A stretch of 64,000 nucleotides of DNA from Actinomycetota bacterium (GTDB lineage Bacteria > Actinomycetota > Actinomycetes > S36-B12 > UBA5976). Position 1 is the first letter of the stretch, and every line of letters starts with the position of its first letter. A model generated the notes under the pieces. It did no database searches. It was not told the origin of the DNA and saw only the letters and a program-made list of their open reading frames with translations. Of this stretch, positions 10,408-19,321 are shown piece after piece. The translations under genes were made by a program, and so were the position numbers. The stretch lies in assembly GCA_026392515.1 (NCBI GenBank), contig JAPLBY010000030.1, forward strand, positions 2,902-66,901, in the 5' to 3' direction.

Positions 10408-10980
10408 ATGGACATGGAAACGAACGCCCTTGAATCAGCTGCAGCCTCTGAACCCAAGAAGCGCGGAAGTAAGCCTGCGCCTGCGGGTTCCGTGGCTCGG
10501 AAACCCAGGGACAGTCTGAATCGATCAGTGATTATTGAAGCCGGGCTGGCGATCGTTAAACGAGAGGGCCTTTCCGGGTTAACTTTTCAGGCCCTCGGCG
10601 ACGAGCTCGGCGCACATGCCACTTCGGTCTATCGTCACTTCCGCGATAAGGACGAATTACTCCTCGAAATCATTGACTCCCTCCGTGAGAATTCTTATGG
10701 GTCCGACTTAGTTGCCACAGGTGACTGGCGCGCTGATCTTCGAATTATGGCGACTCAGATTCGTGACCATTACTTGCGCTATGCGCCTTTCGCTCATGAA
10801 ATGTCTTTACGGTCCACGCATCGAAAAACTGAATTCGTCAACGTTGAATTTGCCCTAGATGCCCTTGACCGAGCCAACCTTTCGCCAGATGACGCAGTTA
10901 TTTACTTACGGTTAATTGGAAACTATGTGCGGGCGATGTCAAGTTTTGAAGCCTCAGTAACTTGTCAGCAACTTCTTTGA
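10408..10980 (+). CDS. TetR family transcriptional regulator, apparently frameshifted near its 3' end
   Basis: N-terminal HTH (LTFQALGDELGAHATSVYRHFRDKDELL). The expected C-terminal helix (FDDPRTFELGLNAILDAIETLGKK) is encoded in another frame at 10950-11069. Confidence 0.75.
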   Translation: MDMETNALESAAASEPKKRGSKPAPAGSVARKPRDSLNRSVIIEAGLAIVKREGLSGLTFQALGDELGAHATSVYRHFRDKDELLLEIIDSLRENSYGSDLVATGDWRADLRIMATQIRDHYLRYAPFAHEMSLRSTHRKTEFVNVEFALDALDRANLSPDDAVIYLRLIGNYVRAMSSFEASVTCQQLL

Positions 10981-11070
10981 TTTCATTTGACGATCCACGC
11001 ACCTTTGAATTGGGTTTAAATGCAATTCTTGATGCGATCGAAACCCTTGGAAAAAAATCGAAAGCTTAAG

Positions 11071-11436
11071 TAGACGAGTCGGTCTGTAAGCCGGATTCTG
11101 TACGCTTGCGCGCGATGATCATCCATCTGCGATTGTTGTTACCAACAACCTGTTGCAACCTACCTGCAGGCGTGTGACGGGCAGTCACCTGCTACTTGGT
11201 CTTGCTCCGAGTGGGGTTTACCTAGCTACCTATGTCGCCATAAGTACTGGTGAGCTCTTACCTCACCGTTTCACCCTTACCTATCTCCATAAATGAAGAT
11301 AGGCGGTTTACTTTCTGTTGCACTTTCCCGTGGGTCGCCCCAGGTGGACGTTATCCACCACTCTTGCCCTATGGAGTCCGGACTTTCCTCGATAACCTTG
11401 CGGCTACCGCGATCATCCGACCGACTCGTCTGCTCT
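11071..11436 (-). ncRNA. rnpB: RNase P RNA, bacterial type A
   Basis: Minus strand reads GAGCAGACGAGTCGGTCGG...GAGGAAAGTCCGGACTCCATAGGGCA...ACAGAATCCGGCTTACAGACCGACTCGTCT. Both conserved P4 strands are present, and the 5' and 3' ends form a 13-bp P1. Confidence 0.9.
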
Positions 11437-11467
11437 AAGACTACGGGGATTTGGCTAGGGTAGAAAA

Positions 11468-13084
11468 ATGCTGGATTTGTTAATAACAGGCGGACTGCTT
11501 CATTCGCCAGGTGGCGCTGCTCCTAGGCCTCAAGCCATTGGCTTGAAAGGCAATCAAATCGCATTCATAGGTGAACGTCAGGATGCGCCATCTTCTCGAG
11601 AGCAAGTCGAGCTAGACGGCCAACTTATTACTCCAGGATTTATCGACAGTCACAATCACCTGCTGCTTGGCTTTGATCCCGATGCGGTGAACCTTCAAGA
11701 CTTAGTCGTCCTTGAAGACGTCCGAAAGCGAATGATGGAATTCGCTAACTCGCGACCTGACCTGGAATGGATTTGCGGAGAAAATGCAAACTACTCAGTT
11801 GTCACTGGTCGACGACCTAACGCCCAGGATCTTGAAGGGATAACGGATCGTCCAGTTTTCATTACTACCTACGATCAACATTCAGTTTGGTTAAATCGGG
11901 TCGCAATTCGCGCACTTGGAATTGAACCTGGAGTTGTGCTCAGCTGGGGCAGACCAGAGTTCGATGAAGTTACCAATGAACCAACTGGTTGGGTAACTGA
12001 TTTCTACACCAGTGCGATGACAACGATCGGGTTAAAGGCACTGCAACGAGACATCCCGATGTATTCACCTGAACGCAGATATCGAAAATTGGTTTCCAGT
12101 ATGGAAATGGCCACGAGATTTGGAATCACTACTGTTGTCGAACCTCAGGTGCCCATGGCAGAACTTGACCTCTTTCAGCGCGCGCTTAAAGAAGGAAAGT
12201 TAACTTCCAGAGTTATCGCGGCGTTGTTTCATCCAATTGATGAAGGCTCGGATTTCCGCATGGAACTTCGTAACACTGTCGATAACCATCAAGATTCCAG
12301 CAAGCTTTCCCTTGGTCCGGTAAAGCTTTATGCAGATGATGTGATCGAACCACATACTGCTTGGTTGCTTGATGATTACGCAAACATGCCTGGACATCGC
12401 GGCCATCCAAGTGCATCGGTAGAAGAATTCAAGTACGTTGTTTCCGAACTTGATCGGATGGGTTTTCAAACTCATACTCATGCCACTGGCGATGGAGGCA
12501 TCCGACTAATCCTTGATGCGTTAGAAAATGCAGCTCAATTGAATTCCACAATTGATCGTCGTCATGGCATTGTGCACGTGGAGTGTATTCATCCTGATGA
12601 TTTACCAAGACTTGCTCAACTAGGCGTTACTGCAGCGATGCAACCACGACACTGCTCCCCTGACTTAATTGAAGGTTCTTGGATGAACAACGTAGGCGAA
12701 CAACGTTGGGATCGCGCGTGGCGCATCAAATCGCTTATCGAGGCTGGCACCCACGTTGCACTTTCTAGCGACTGGCAAGTTGGTGAAATGGATCCACTAG
12801 TGGGAATTTATAGCGCAATGACGCGTGCATCACTTGATGGCAAGAAGTCTTGGACTCAAGATGAACGCATATCGTTGACGGCAGCCATTGATGGTTACAC
12901 CAAAGAAGGTGCCTGGGCTTGGCATCGCGAATCCGAATTTGGAGCTCTTCAAATTGGCGCTAAAGCCGATGTTGTTGTTTGGTCAAGTAACTTGCACGAT
13001 CATGCCAAGAATCCTGATGCATTACTTGATCAACATTCACTACTTACAGTCGTGGATGGCGTGATTGAACACGATGCCCGCTAG
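11468..13084 (+). CDS. Amidohydrolase family protein (amidohydrolase_3 / YtcJ-like metal-dependent hydrolase)
   Basis: 538-aa ORF with N-terminal GFIDSHNHLL metal-binding motif, internal HTHATGD and distal SSDW. Confidence 0.8.
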   Translation: MLDLLITGGLLHSPGGAAPRPQAIGLKGNQIAFIGERQDAPSSREQVELDGQLITPGFIDSHNHLLLGFDPDAVNLQDLVVLEDVRKRMMEFANSRPDLEWICGENANYSVVTGRRPNAQDLEGITDRPVFITTYDQHSVWLNRVAIRALGIEPGVVLSWGRPEFDEVTNEPTGWVTDFYTSAMTTIGLKALQRDIPMYSPERRYRKLVSSMEMATRFGITTVVEPQVPMAELDLFQRALKEGKLTSRVIAALFHPIDEGSDFRMELRNTVDNHQDSSKLSLGPVKLYADDVIEPHTAWLLDDYANMPGHRGHPSASVEEFKYVVSELDRMGFQTHTHATGDGGIRLILDALENAAQLNSTIDRRHGIVHVECIHPDDLPRLAQLGVTAAMQPRHCSPDLIEGSWMNNVGEQRWDRAWRIKSLIEAGTHVALSSDWQVGEMDPLVGIYSAMTRASLDGKKSWTQDERISLTAAIDGYTKEGAWAWHRESEFGALQIGAKADVVVWSSNLHDHAKNPDALLDQHSLLTVVDGVIEHDAR

Positions 13085-15552
13085 GCCTTTAAGCGCAAGT
13101 TCTCTGGGTCATAGAACGGCACATCGCTGATCGTTGCTGGTGTTAACACCCCAGCGCAATCCACTATGAAATTCGAGCCAACTGGAACATCAGCAGGAAT
13201 GTTGCCAAGTCCGCAAGCTCCCCCAATGGTGTGACCATACGAACCAGAAGTTACGTGGCCGATGATCTTGCCATCAAGCAAGATTGATTCATCGTGAACG
13301 AATAGTGGCTCTGGATTATCAAGTTTGATAAACACTTGGCGACGATCTGGATTTTGCTTCCCTTCTATTGCGCTGCGACCGACGAAGTCACCCTTCTTTA
13401 GGTTGACTGCAAATGCCAGTGAGGCTTGATACGGATCATCGATTGGGCCGATGTCGTGACCAAGGTGCCGGTAACCCTTTTCAACACGCAAGCTATCTAG
13501 TGCGTGATAACCAGCTCGGCGCAGACCAAGACCTTCGCCTGCTTCGATCACTGAGTCATAAATTGAAACTGCCATGTCGTTGGTTGGATAAAGTTCGTAA
13601 CCTAGCTCGCCAACGAAACTTACGCGTAGGCAAAGCGCCGAACCATTACCAACTTCAATCTCGCGAGCAGTTCCCCAGGGTTGGTTTTCCGTTGAGAAAT
13701 CTGCCGGGCTAATGCGCGATAACAACTCTCGCGAGTTAGGTCCCATGATTCCGATCGTTGCCAAACCTGCGCTGGCATCAAATGTGGCAGCAGCGTGACC
13801 GCGAGCTGCTCGTCGCAACATTGCCAAAGTCTTGGTTTGTGCCGCCGTTGGTGTTACAACCAGGAATCGGTCTTCAGCAAGCCTGGTGATCGTTCCATCT
13901 AGTTCAATGCCGCCACCCTTGTTAAGCATGAGGGTGTAAACAACTCGGCCAATCTTCACATCCATATTGGATGTGGTTACTGACTGAATGACCTTAAGTG
14001 CATCAGGTCCGGCGACTTCGACTTTTGTGAAGGTCGAAAGATCAAAGATTGCTACTGCTTCTCGTGCTGCTTTATGTTCGGCAGCTGAGTGCTCGAACCA
14101 GTTCTGACGCTGGTAACTGTATTCGTATTCACGTTTTGTGCCAGCGGGTGCAAACCAATTTGCTCGTTCGTAACCAACTAGTTCGCCAAACACTGCTCCG
14201 GCCGCATCGACTCGATCATGCAATGGTGAGCGGCGAATGTTTCGTGCGGTGTAAGGCTGCAAGAACGGCCAGTGCATCGCATAAAGACGGCCAAGGCCTT
14301 CCTTAGTGCGCTCATGCATGTAAGGGCGGTTTGCTTGGTACTTCGAGAATCTCTGAACATCAACAGCCGAAACATCTGTGGTTGGTGTGCCAGCAACAAT
14401 CCATTCAGCCAATGCCCGTCCTGCACCTGGTGCATAAATGATGCCTTGGCTGTTAAAGCCGGCAGCGATCCATAAACCATCAACTTCAGCAGTTTCGCCA
14501 AGGCAGAAACTTGCATCAGGAGTAAATGACTCTGGAGCGTTTAGGAAGCGTGAGTAATTGGCAGTCTTTAGTGCCGGGATTCGATCTTCCGCAAATCCCT
14601 TGATCGCAGCAAAGTGTTCCCAGTCTGGATCAAACTCACCAAAAGCAAAGTCTTTTGCCAAAGTGCGGGAATCAACTGGAATGCCATCAGGTTCGAATGC
14701 ACCTACTACTAGTGAACCGTTATGACCTCTTACATATAAGTAGCCATCCAAGTCACGAAGCACTGGAAGTTGAACATCTGCGCCTTCGATTGGATCGGTC
14801 GTTACGTGCACATGCGCTGCTGGGTAAAGCGGAACCATTGCGCCACACTTTTCAGCAAGCTCACGAGTCCAAAGTCCTGCTGCTAAAACTAAGTTTTCGC
14901 ATTCAACGATTCCTTGATCAGTTTCAACTGCAGTAATTCGTCCATTAACTTTCTGAACGCCAGTTACGGTCACGCCTTCGCGGATAGTGACGCCGCGAGT
15001 GTGAGCGCCTTTAGCAAATGCCATTGCAGCTCGACCTGGATTAACGTGGCCATCTTCTGCGTGATGCATTCCGCCAAGTAGTCCATCCGCAGTGGCAAGT
15101 GGATGAAGTTTGGCAACTTGTTCAGGCGAAACTAGTTCACTGGCAATTCCGTTGTGGCTTGCAACCATGTGGCTATAACGCAATTCATCTAACCGGCCTG
15201 GAGTTCTCGCAAGTGATAACGAACCGTTCTGCTTTAGCGAAACGTTGATTCCAGTTTCTTTTTCAATTGCGCGATATGCATCGATTCCGTAATAAGAAAG
15301 TTTGGTCATGGCGTGAGTTGCGCGGGAGCGAACAACTAAACCTGCTGCGTGCCAACTTGTGCCAGAAGCAACAGCGGCCCTCTCAATTAGCAGCACATCT
15401 TTATGACCAAGTTCAGACAAGTGATACGCGATACTGCTGCCAACTACTCCGGCGCCAACTACTACGGTTTGGACGCGAGCTGGAAGCGCTCTGGTTTTGG
15501 CTTGATCATCAAACTCAGTTGCAGAGAGGTCTTTTTCCAGCAGATTATCCAC
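13081..15552 (-). CDS. FAD-dependent oxidoreductase fused to GcvT-like folate-binding domain (dimethylglycine/sarcosine dehydrogenase-like)
   Basis: 823-aa ORF. N-terminal dinucleotide fold VVVGAGVVGSSIAYHL (DAO family). C-terminal aminomethyltransferase-like part (YELY, LEKGY motifs). Confidence 0.85.
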   Translation of the reverse strand: MDNLLEKDLSATEFDDQAKTRALPARVQTVVVGAGVVGSSIAYHLSELGHKDVLLIERAAVASGTSWHAAGLVVRSRATHAMTKLSYYGIDAYRAIEKETGINVSLKQNGSLSLARTPGRLDELRYSHMVASHNGIASELVSPEQVAKLHPLATADGLLGGMHHAEDGHVNPGRAAMAFAKGAHTRGVTIREGVTVTGVQKVNGRITAVETDQGIVECENLVLAAGLWTRELAEKCGAMVPLYPAAHVHVTTDPIEGADVQLPVLRDLDGYLYVRGHNGSLVVGAFEPDGIPVDSRTLAKDFAFGEFDPDWEHFAAIKGFAEDRIPALKTANYSRFLNAPESFTPDASFCLGETAEVDGLWIAAGFNSQGIIYAPGAGRALAEWIVAGTPTTDVSAVDVQRFSKYQANRPYMHERTKEGLGRLYAMHWPFLQPYTARNIRRSPLHDRVDAAGAVFGELVGYERANWFAPAGTKREYEYSYQRQNWFEHSAAEHKAAREAVAIFDLSTFTKVEVAGPDALKVIQSVTTSNMDVKIGRVVYTLMLNKGGGIELDGTITRLAEDRFLVVTPTAAQTKTLAMLRRAARGHAAATFDASAGLATIGIMGPNSRELLSRISPADFSTENQPWGTAREIEVGNGSALCLRVSFVGELGYELYPTNDMAVSIYDSVIEAGEGLGLRRAGYHALDSLRVEKGYRHLGHDIGPIDDPYQASLAFAVNLKKGDFVGRSAIEGKQNPDRRQVFIKLDNPEPLFVHDESILLDGKIIGHVTSGSYGHTIGGACGLGNIPADVPVGSNFIVDCAGVLTPATISDVPFYDPENLRLKA

Positions 15553-15685
15553 GACGCAAGGTTCCTTTAAATTGAGGTGCTTAGCCCAACTTTATTGGAG
15601 TTGTTCAACCAGGTGTTGGGAAACTCGAGATGACCTAGGACACACCAAGATGCGAACTTCTCAGGACTTGAGAAAATAATGGAGA

Positions 15686-15720
15686 AGACCCCGCAATAAG
15701 TATGAGTTACTGCGGGGTCT
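15686..15720 (-). terminator. Possible intrinsic terminator downstream of yaaA
   Basis: Perfect 10-bp stem AGACCCCGCA / TGCGGGGTCT with a 15-nt loop. On the minus strand it is followed by a moderately T-rich tail (TTCTCCATTATTTTCTC). Confidence 0.35.
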
Positions 15721-15890
15721 CAATTCGCTAGAAATTGCCTTTGCCCTGCGGTGACGCTTTTATCTCGCATCGATGATGCTTAGTAATGATCCAACCGGGG
15801 CGACATTTTCTAACTAATCCATTCCTACGCCCATGAAAAGGTCATGGCAAGGGGTTTTTAGAAAATATCTTGGATTGATACCTAGATGGC

Positions 15891-16676
15891 TTACAAAACC
15901 TCAACAATTACGTCGAGTCCCCATGGCGTTCCAGCCTTAGTTGGTTTGATTATCTTTACATCCAGCGCCACTTTCGCCGCCAACTCAGCCAGCTGCTCAA
16001 CGCTAGTTACCGACTTAGTCGACTGAGCCAAAGTTCTGATCAGTCTCCCCTTAGTTGCCTTATTTGAGTGGCTCACAACCTTGGGAGCACCCTTGGGCAT
16101 CTTTTGCATAATTCGCGGCACCACAACTTGATCGGCGATCGCTTTGTCAGTTGGTCCGAGCTTTACATAGTTTCCAGATCTCAGATCAATTACAAACTCA
16201 TCTTGGGCAGAAATCAATGAAGTAATTGAATCGCTCCAAAACTTTGTAAGCGATCCAATCTTTGGAACCACTGTGTCCCCTGAAAGTCGATACGCCGGAA
16301 TTCGATCCGTGACATTGATCAGCCCAAACAAGGCAGAGACTACAAAGTTTTCTGATTCAAACTTGGATTTAGCTTTGGCACTCAGTGAATCAATTTCGAT
16401 GGCGTCGTAAAGCACCCCGGTATAGACCGACCACGCAGGACCAGTTCCAGCCGTTAATAATCCTTGATCGCGTTCAATTTCAAAATCTTGTTTAGCGCTG
16501 ATGGCAAGTGCAGTGCGAGCTTTGGCTGCTGGGCCATTTGCCATTGCAACAACGGCTGTAACTAACTCTTGTCGTTGTTTAGTTAACTCTGGAAAGGAAA
16601 GTTTTTTGAAATCTAACTTTTGTTTTCCTGTTGCATCAGTTTTACCTTCCGAAGGAGGCAACAAAATCATGGTCAT
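15891..16676 (-). CDS. yaaA: Peroxide stress protein YaaA (UPF0246/DUF328)
   Basis: N-terminus MILLPPSEGK and an internal SGNY region are typical of actinobacterial YaaA. 261 aa. Confidence 0.8.
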   Translation of the reverse strand: MTMILLPPSEGKTDATGKQKLDFKKLSFPELTKQRQELVTAVVAMANGPAAKARTALAISAKQDFEIERDQGLLTAGTGPAWSVYTGVLYDAIEIDSLSAKAKSKFESENFVVSALFGLINVTDRIPAYRLSGDTVVPKIGSLTKFWSDSITSLISAQDEFVIDLRSGNYVKLGPTDKAIADQVVVPRIMQKMPKGAPKVVSHSNKATKGRLIRTLAQSTKSVTSVEQLAELAAKVALDVKIIKPTKAGTPWGLDVIVEVL

Positions 16677-16685
16677 GGATGATCG

Positions 16686-17162
16686 CTAAGGACGAGAGAT
16701 GATTCCGGAGCCACCAGCAAGGTGGGTGTCTAGTGCTTCGTTAGCTAAAGCGTCAGCATGCTTGTTGTCTTCGCGCGGAATCCAGGTGTAGGTGACGTTT
16801 CCGTACGGCAGGATTTCGCGTGCTTCAATTGCCAGCTTTTGCATGTCTGGACTTTTGATTTTCCAGCGGCCAGACATTTGCTCAACGACTAATTTGCTAT
16901 CCATGCGAACTTCAACCAAAGCCTCTGGATCAATTTCAGCAATCGCAGTCAGGCCGGCAACCAGTCCACTGTATTCTGCAACGTTGTTCGTTGCGTGACC
17001 TAGAACTGCGGCACGCTCTGCTACTACTTCCCCAGTGTTGGCATTTCGAATCACGGTTCCGTAAGAAGCATGACCTGGATTACCTCTGGAAGCTCCGTCA
17101 GCCTCCATTACAAAGTGAGTCACAGACCCGACTCCGCTGTGCGAACCAAAATCCTTCGGCAT
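16686..17162 (-). CDS. rnhA: Ribonuclease H (RNase HI family)
   Basis: EADGASRGNPG, NNVAEYSGL and NKHADALAN carry the DEDD catalytic motifs. The real start may be the ATG at 17108 (MEADG...), which removes the 43-nt overlap with the upstream gene. Confidence 0.8.
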   Translation of the reverse strand: MPKDFGSHSGVGSVTHFVMEADGASRGNPGHASYGTVIRNANTGEVVAERAAVLGHATNNVAEYSGLVAGLTAIAEIDPEALVEVRMDSKLVVEQMSGRWKIKSPDMQKLAIEAREILPYGNVTYTWIPREDNKHADALANEALDTHLAGGSGIISRP

Positions 17163-17869
17163 TGATCGCAGCGCGCAATTGCATCGGCTGACATATTTCG
17201 AATCTGATCAATTTCTTGGGCATCAATTGTGATGTGACAGCCTTGACAAGAGCCACGATGAATCAACGCGGCGCCAACGCCACCTTGATCTGCGCGGATC
17301 TTGTCATAAAGCGCAATTAGATCTGCCGGCAAACCATTTGCGATTTCCGTGCGCTGACTCGTGAGCGAATTGACTTCAAAATCAATGTCAGCAAACAAGT
17401 CATCTCGAGTCTGAGCAAGAGTTGAAAGCTTTTCCGTAGTTTCAATTTCACTTGCTTGTAATTCAGTTACTGCTTGCTGGGCATTTTCATAGGCCTGCAT
17501 GATTTCAAGTTCAATGTCTTCAAGTTCAGCCTGGCGTTTAGCTAGGGTTCCGATCTCGTGCTGCAAGCTTTCGAGTTCCTTGGCCGCAGACACTGCGCCG
17601 GAATCTAAGCGATCTTGATCGCGCTTGGCACGGGAAACAACTTGTTCAACATCGGCTTCAGCCTTTAACTGATTTAGCTTTAGATCTGATGCTTCAGTCT
17701 GAGCGGCAACTAAGCGCATCTTTATTGAACCAAGTTCAACTTCTAAATCTTGAGCCGCGGCAATCTCGGGCAATCCTGCTCTTTTATGCGCCAGTTGCAG
17801 GAGTTTGGTGTCAAGGCCCTGCAAGTCCAGCAATGCTTGTTGCTGGTCGGGGCTTGCAGTAACGGCCAT
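17120..17869 (-). CDS. Coiled-coil protein with C-terminal C4 zinc ribbon (COG1579-like)
   Basis: 249-aa ORF with long heptad-rich region, then CQGCH...CDQCRRIL. Conserved upstream of RNase H in actinobacteria. Confidence 0.75.
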   Translation of the reverse strand: MAVTASPDQQQALLDLQGLDTKLLQLAHKRAGLPEIAAAQDLEVELGSIKMRLVAAQTEASDLKLNQLKAEADVEQVVSRAKRDQDRLDSGAVSAAKELESLQHEIGTLAKRQAELEDIELEIMQAYENAQQAVTELQASEIETTEKLSTLAQTRDDLFADIDFEVNSLTSQRTEIANGLPADLIALYDKIRADQGGVGAALIHRGSCQGCHITIDAQEIDQIRNMSADAIARCDQCRRILVRTAESGL

Positions 17870-17965
17870 TTTTTGCTCCCAGATTTGTTTAGTTATTCAA
17901 CTAACAAAGCCAGACTACCTCTATCCAATAATGAAGCTTGTTTTGCTTGGGCGCGGAATGAGGTT

Positions 17966-17995
17966 CAAGAAAAATACCCCCTTGCGGGGGTATTT
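17966..17995 (-). terminator. Intrinsic terminator after tRNA-Val
   Basis: Perfect 10-bp stem AAATACCCCC / GGGGGTATTT with a 4-nt loop. On the minus strand it is followed by TTTTTCTT and lies 10 nt beyond the tRNA 3' end. Confidence 0.7.
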
Positions 17996-18004
17996 CTGTT
18001 GCAG

Positions 18005-18078
18005 TGGGCGCTAAGGGACTCGAACCCCTGACCCTCTCGGTGTAAACGAGATGCTCTAGCCAACTGAGCTAAGCGCCC
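18005..18078 (-). tRNA. tRNA-Val (anticodon TAC)
   Basis: Reverse complement GGGCGCTTAGCTCAGTTGGCTAGAGCATCTCGTTTACACCGAGAGGGTCAGGGGTTCGAGTCCCTTAGCGCCCA folds as a cloverleaf with anticodon loop TTTACAC. CCA is not encoded. Confidence 0.92.
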
Positions 18079-18143
18079 TACGTGCCTCCCTACCTTATCT
18101 AAGGTTTGGAAAAGGTAGAAATCGAATGTGGGTGGTGGGTGCG

Positions 18144-18187
18144 TAAAAGACCACAGCCGGTGAGTCTCGGGTCTACACCGGCCGTGG
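18144..18187 (-). terminator. Possible intrinsic terminator after the peroxiredoxin gene
   Basis: 12-bp stem CCACAGCCGGTG / CACCGGCCGTGG with one mismatch and a 13-nt loop. On the minus strand it is followed by TCTTTTAC. Confidence 0.5.
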
Positions 18188-18244
18188 CATTTCAATTTCA
18201 CACCTAGTTCGACAAGTCCGCATCTTTTAGCAAACTGACCGAAT

Positions 18245-18703
18245 TTAAAGGGCTGCTAGCGCCTGCTTGTATTCGTCGGTATTGCGGGCATCGCCTGGAC
18301 CATTAACTATTGACCAGCGCAGGATTCCTGCCTTGTCGATTACGAAGGTTCCACGCATTGAAAAACCTCTTGGCTCAAAGAATGAGCCGTAAGCCTTTGA
18401 AACTTCGCCGTGTGGCCAGAAGTCAGACAGCAACGGGTAGTCAAAGTTTTCTTGTTCTGCGAAAACTTTTAGCGATGCAGAGGTATCGCATGAGATTCCA
18501 AGCACCTGAACATCATCACTGACAAAGGCTGGGCTCTGATCACGAATTTCACAAAGTTCGCCAGTGCAAATTCCAGTGAATGCCATTGGGTAGAAAACTA
18601 GAACGACGTTCTTCTTGCCACGGAAATCCGAAAGCTTCACATCTTCACCGAATTGATTCTGAAGTGTGAAATCTGGGGCTTCTTGGCCAACTTCTAACGA
18701 CAT
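18245..18703 (-). CDS. Peroxiredoxin (AhpE/Bcp-like thiol peroxidase)
   Basis: 152-aa ORF with [15 protein letters not shown] (PxxxTxxC peroxidatic Cys motif). Its position next to DUF3052 and aceE matches the mycobacterial ahpE neighbourhood. Confidence 0.85.
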   Translation of the reverse strand: MSLEVGQEAPDFTLQNQFGEDVKLSDFRGKKNVVLVFYPMAFTGICTGELCEIRDQSPAFVSDDVQVLGISCDTSASLKVFAEQENFDYPLLSDFWPHGEVSKAYGSFFEPRGFSMRGTFVIDKAGILRWSIVNGPGDARNTDEYKQALAAL

Positions 18704-18748
18704 GTTTTACTCATTTCTTTTTTGGATTTTGTTTTTAAAGCGAAGTGT

Positions 18749-19162
18749 TTAGCGACGGGATTTTGGTGCAACTAACCGAGTGCCCTGCCAGTCCGGTGCT
18801 GCATTTATGTTGCTAGTTGCTTGCAAGCCAGATGTTGGCGCAGCATCTGCAATATCTTCAGGTTCAACGTGACCATCTCGACCTGGCTTAGGTGTCATCA
18901 ACCAAATAACACCGTTATCTGCCAGTGGACCCAAGGCATCTACCAGCGCATCTACAAGATCGCCGTCCTCATCGCGCCACCAGAGAAGTACTGCATCAAC
19001 AACGTCATCGTAGGTTTCATCAACCAATTCAGAAACAGATGCGATTGCATCGGATACTGATTGATCGCAATCAACATCGAATCCGAGCTCTTGGACTACG
19101 AGTCCTTCGCCTAACCCAAACTTGCCAGCCAACCCCGCGAGGGTGCCTTCTTGTGAACTCAC
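18749..19162 (-). CDS. DUF3052 domain protein
   Basis: LAGKFGLGEGLVVQELGFDVDCD is typical of DUF3052. I chose the GTG at 19162 because AGGTGGA lies about 10 nt upstream. The ORF track extends to 19210. Confidence 0.7.
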   Translation of the reverse strand: MSSQEGTLAGLAGKFGLGEGLVVQELGFDVDCDQSVSDAIASVSELVDETYDDVVDAVLLWWRDEDGDLVDALVDALGPLADNGVIWLMTPKPGRDGHVEPEDIADAAPTSGLQATSNINAAPDWQGTRLVAPKSRR

Positions 19163-19321
19163 AGTCTTAGTCCACCTGAGTAATGGCCAAAAGGCAACTG
19201 CAAACCCCAAATTGCCCGATATTGATTTCCTGCCAAATAGGACTCGACTTAGGCGAAGGCTCAGACATCAGACACAATAGGAGGTGAAATAGCCGATCCA
19301 CCACAAGGCAGGTAACAAACC

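Noticed and set aside
11250-11438. 62-aa plus-strand ORF
   Set aside because: It lies entirely within and antisense to the RNase P RNA gene. The RNA motifs explain the sequence, and there is no RBS or protein-like composition.
15553-15890. 338-nt leader upstream of the DMGDH-like gene, examined for a glycine, THF or other riboswitch
   Set aside because: I could not recognise any conserved riboswitch core. Only a hairpin was found, and it is better read as the yaaA terminator. A covariance-model scan would be needed to exclude one.
17965-18201. 78-aa minus-strand ORF
   Set aside because: It spans tRNA-Val and the terminator hairpins on either side of it, so it is an artefact of reading through structured RNA genes.
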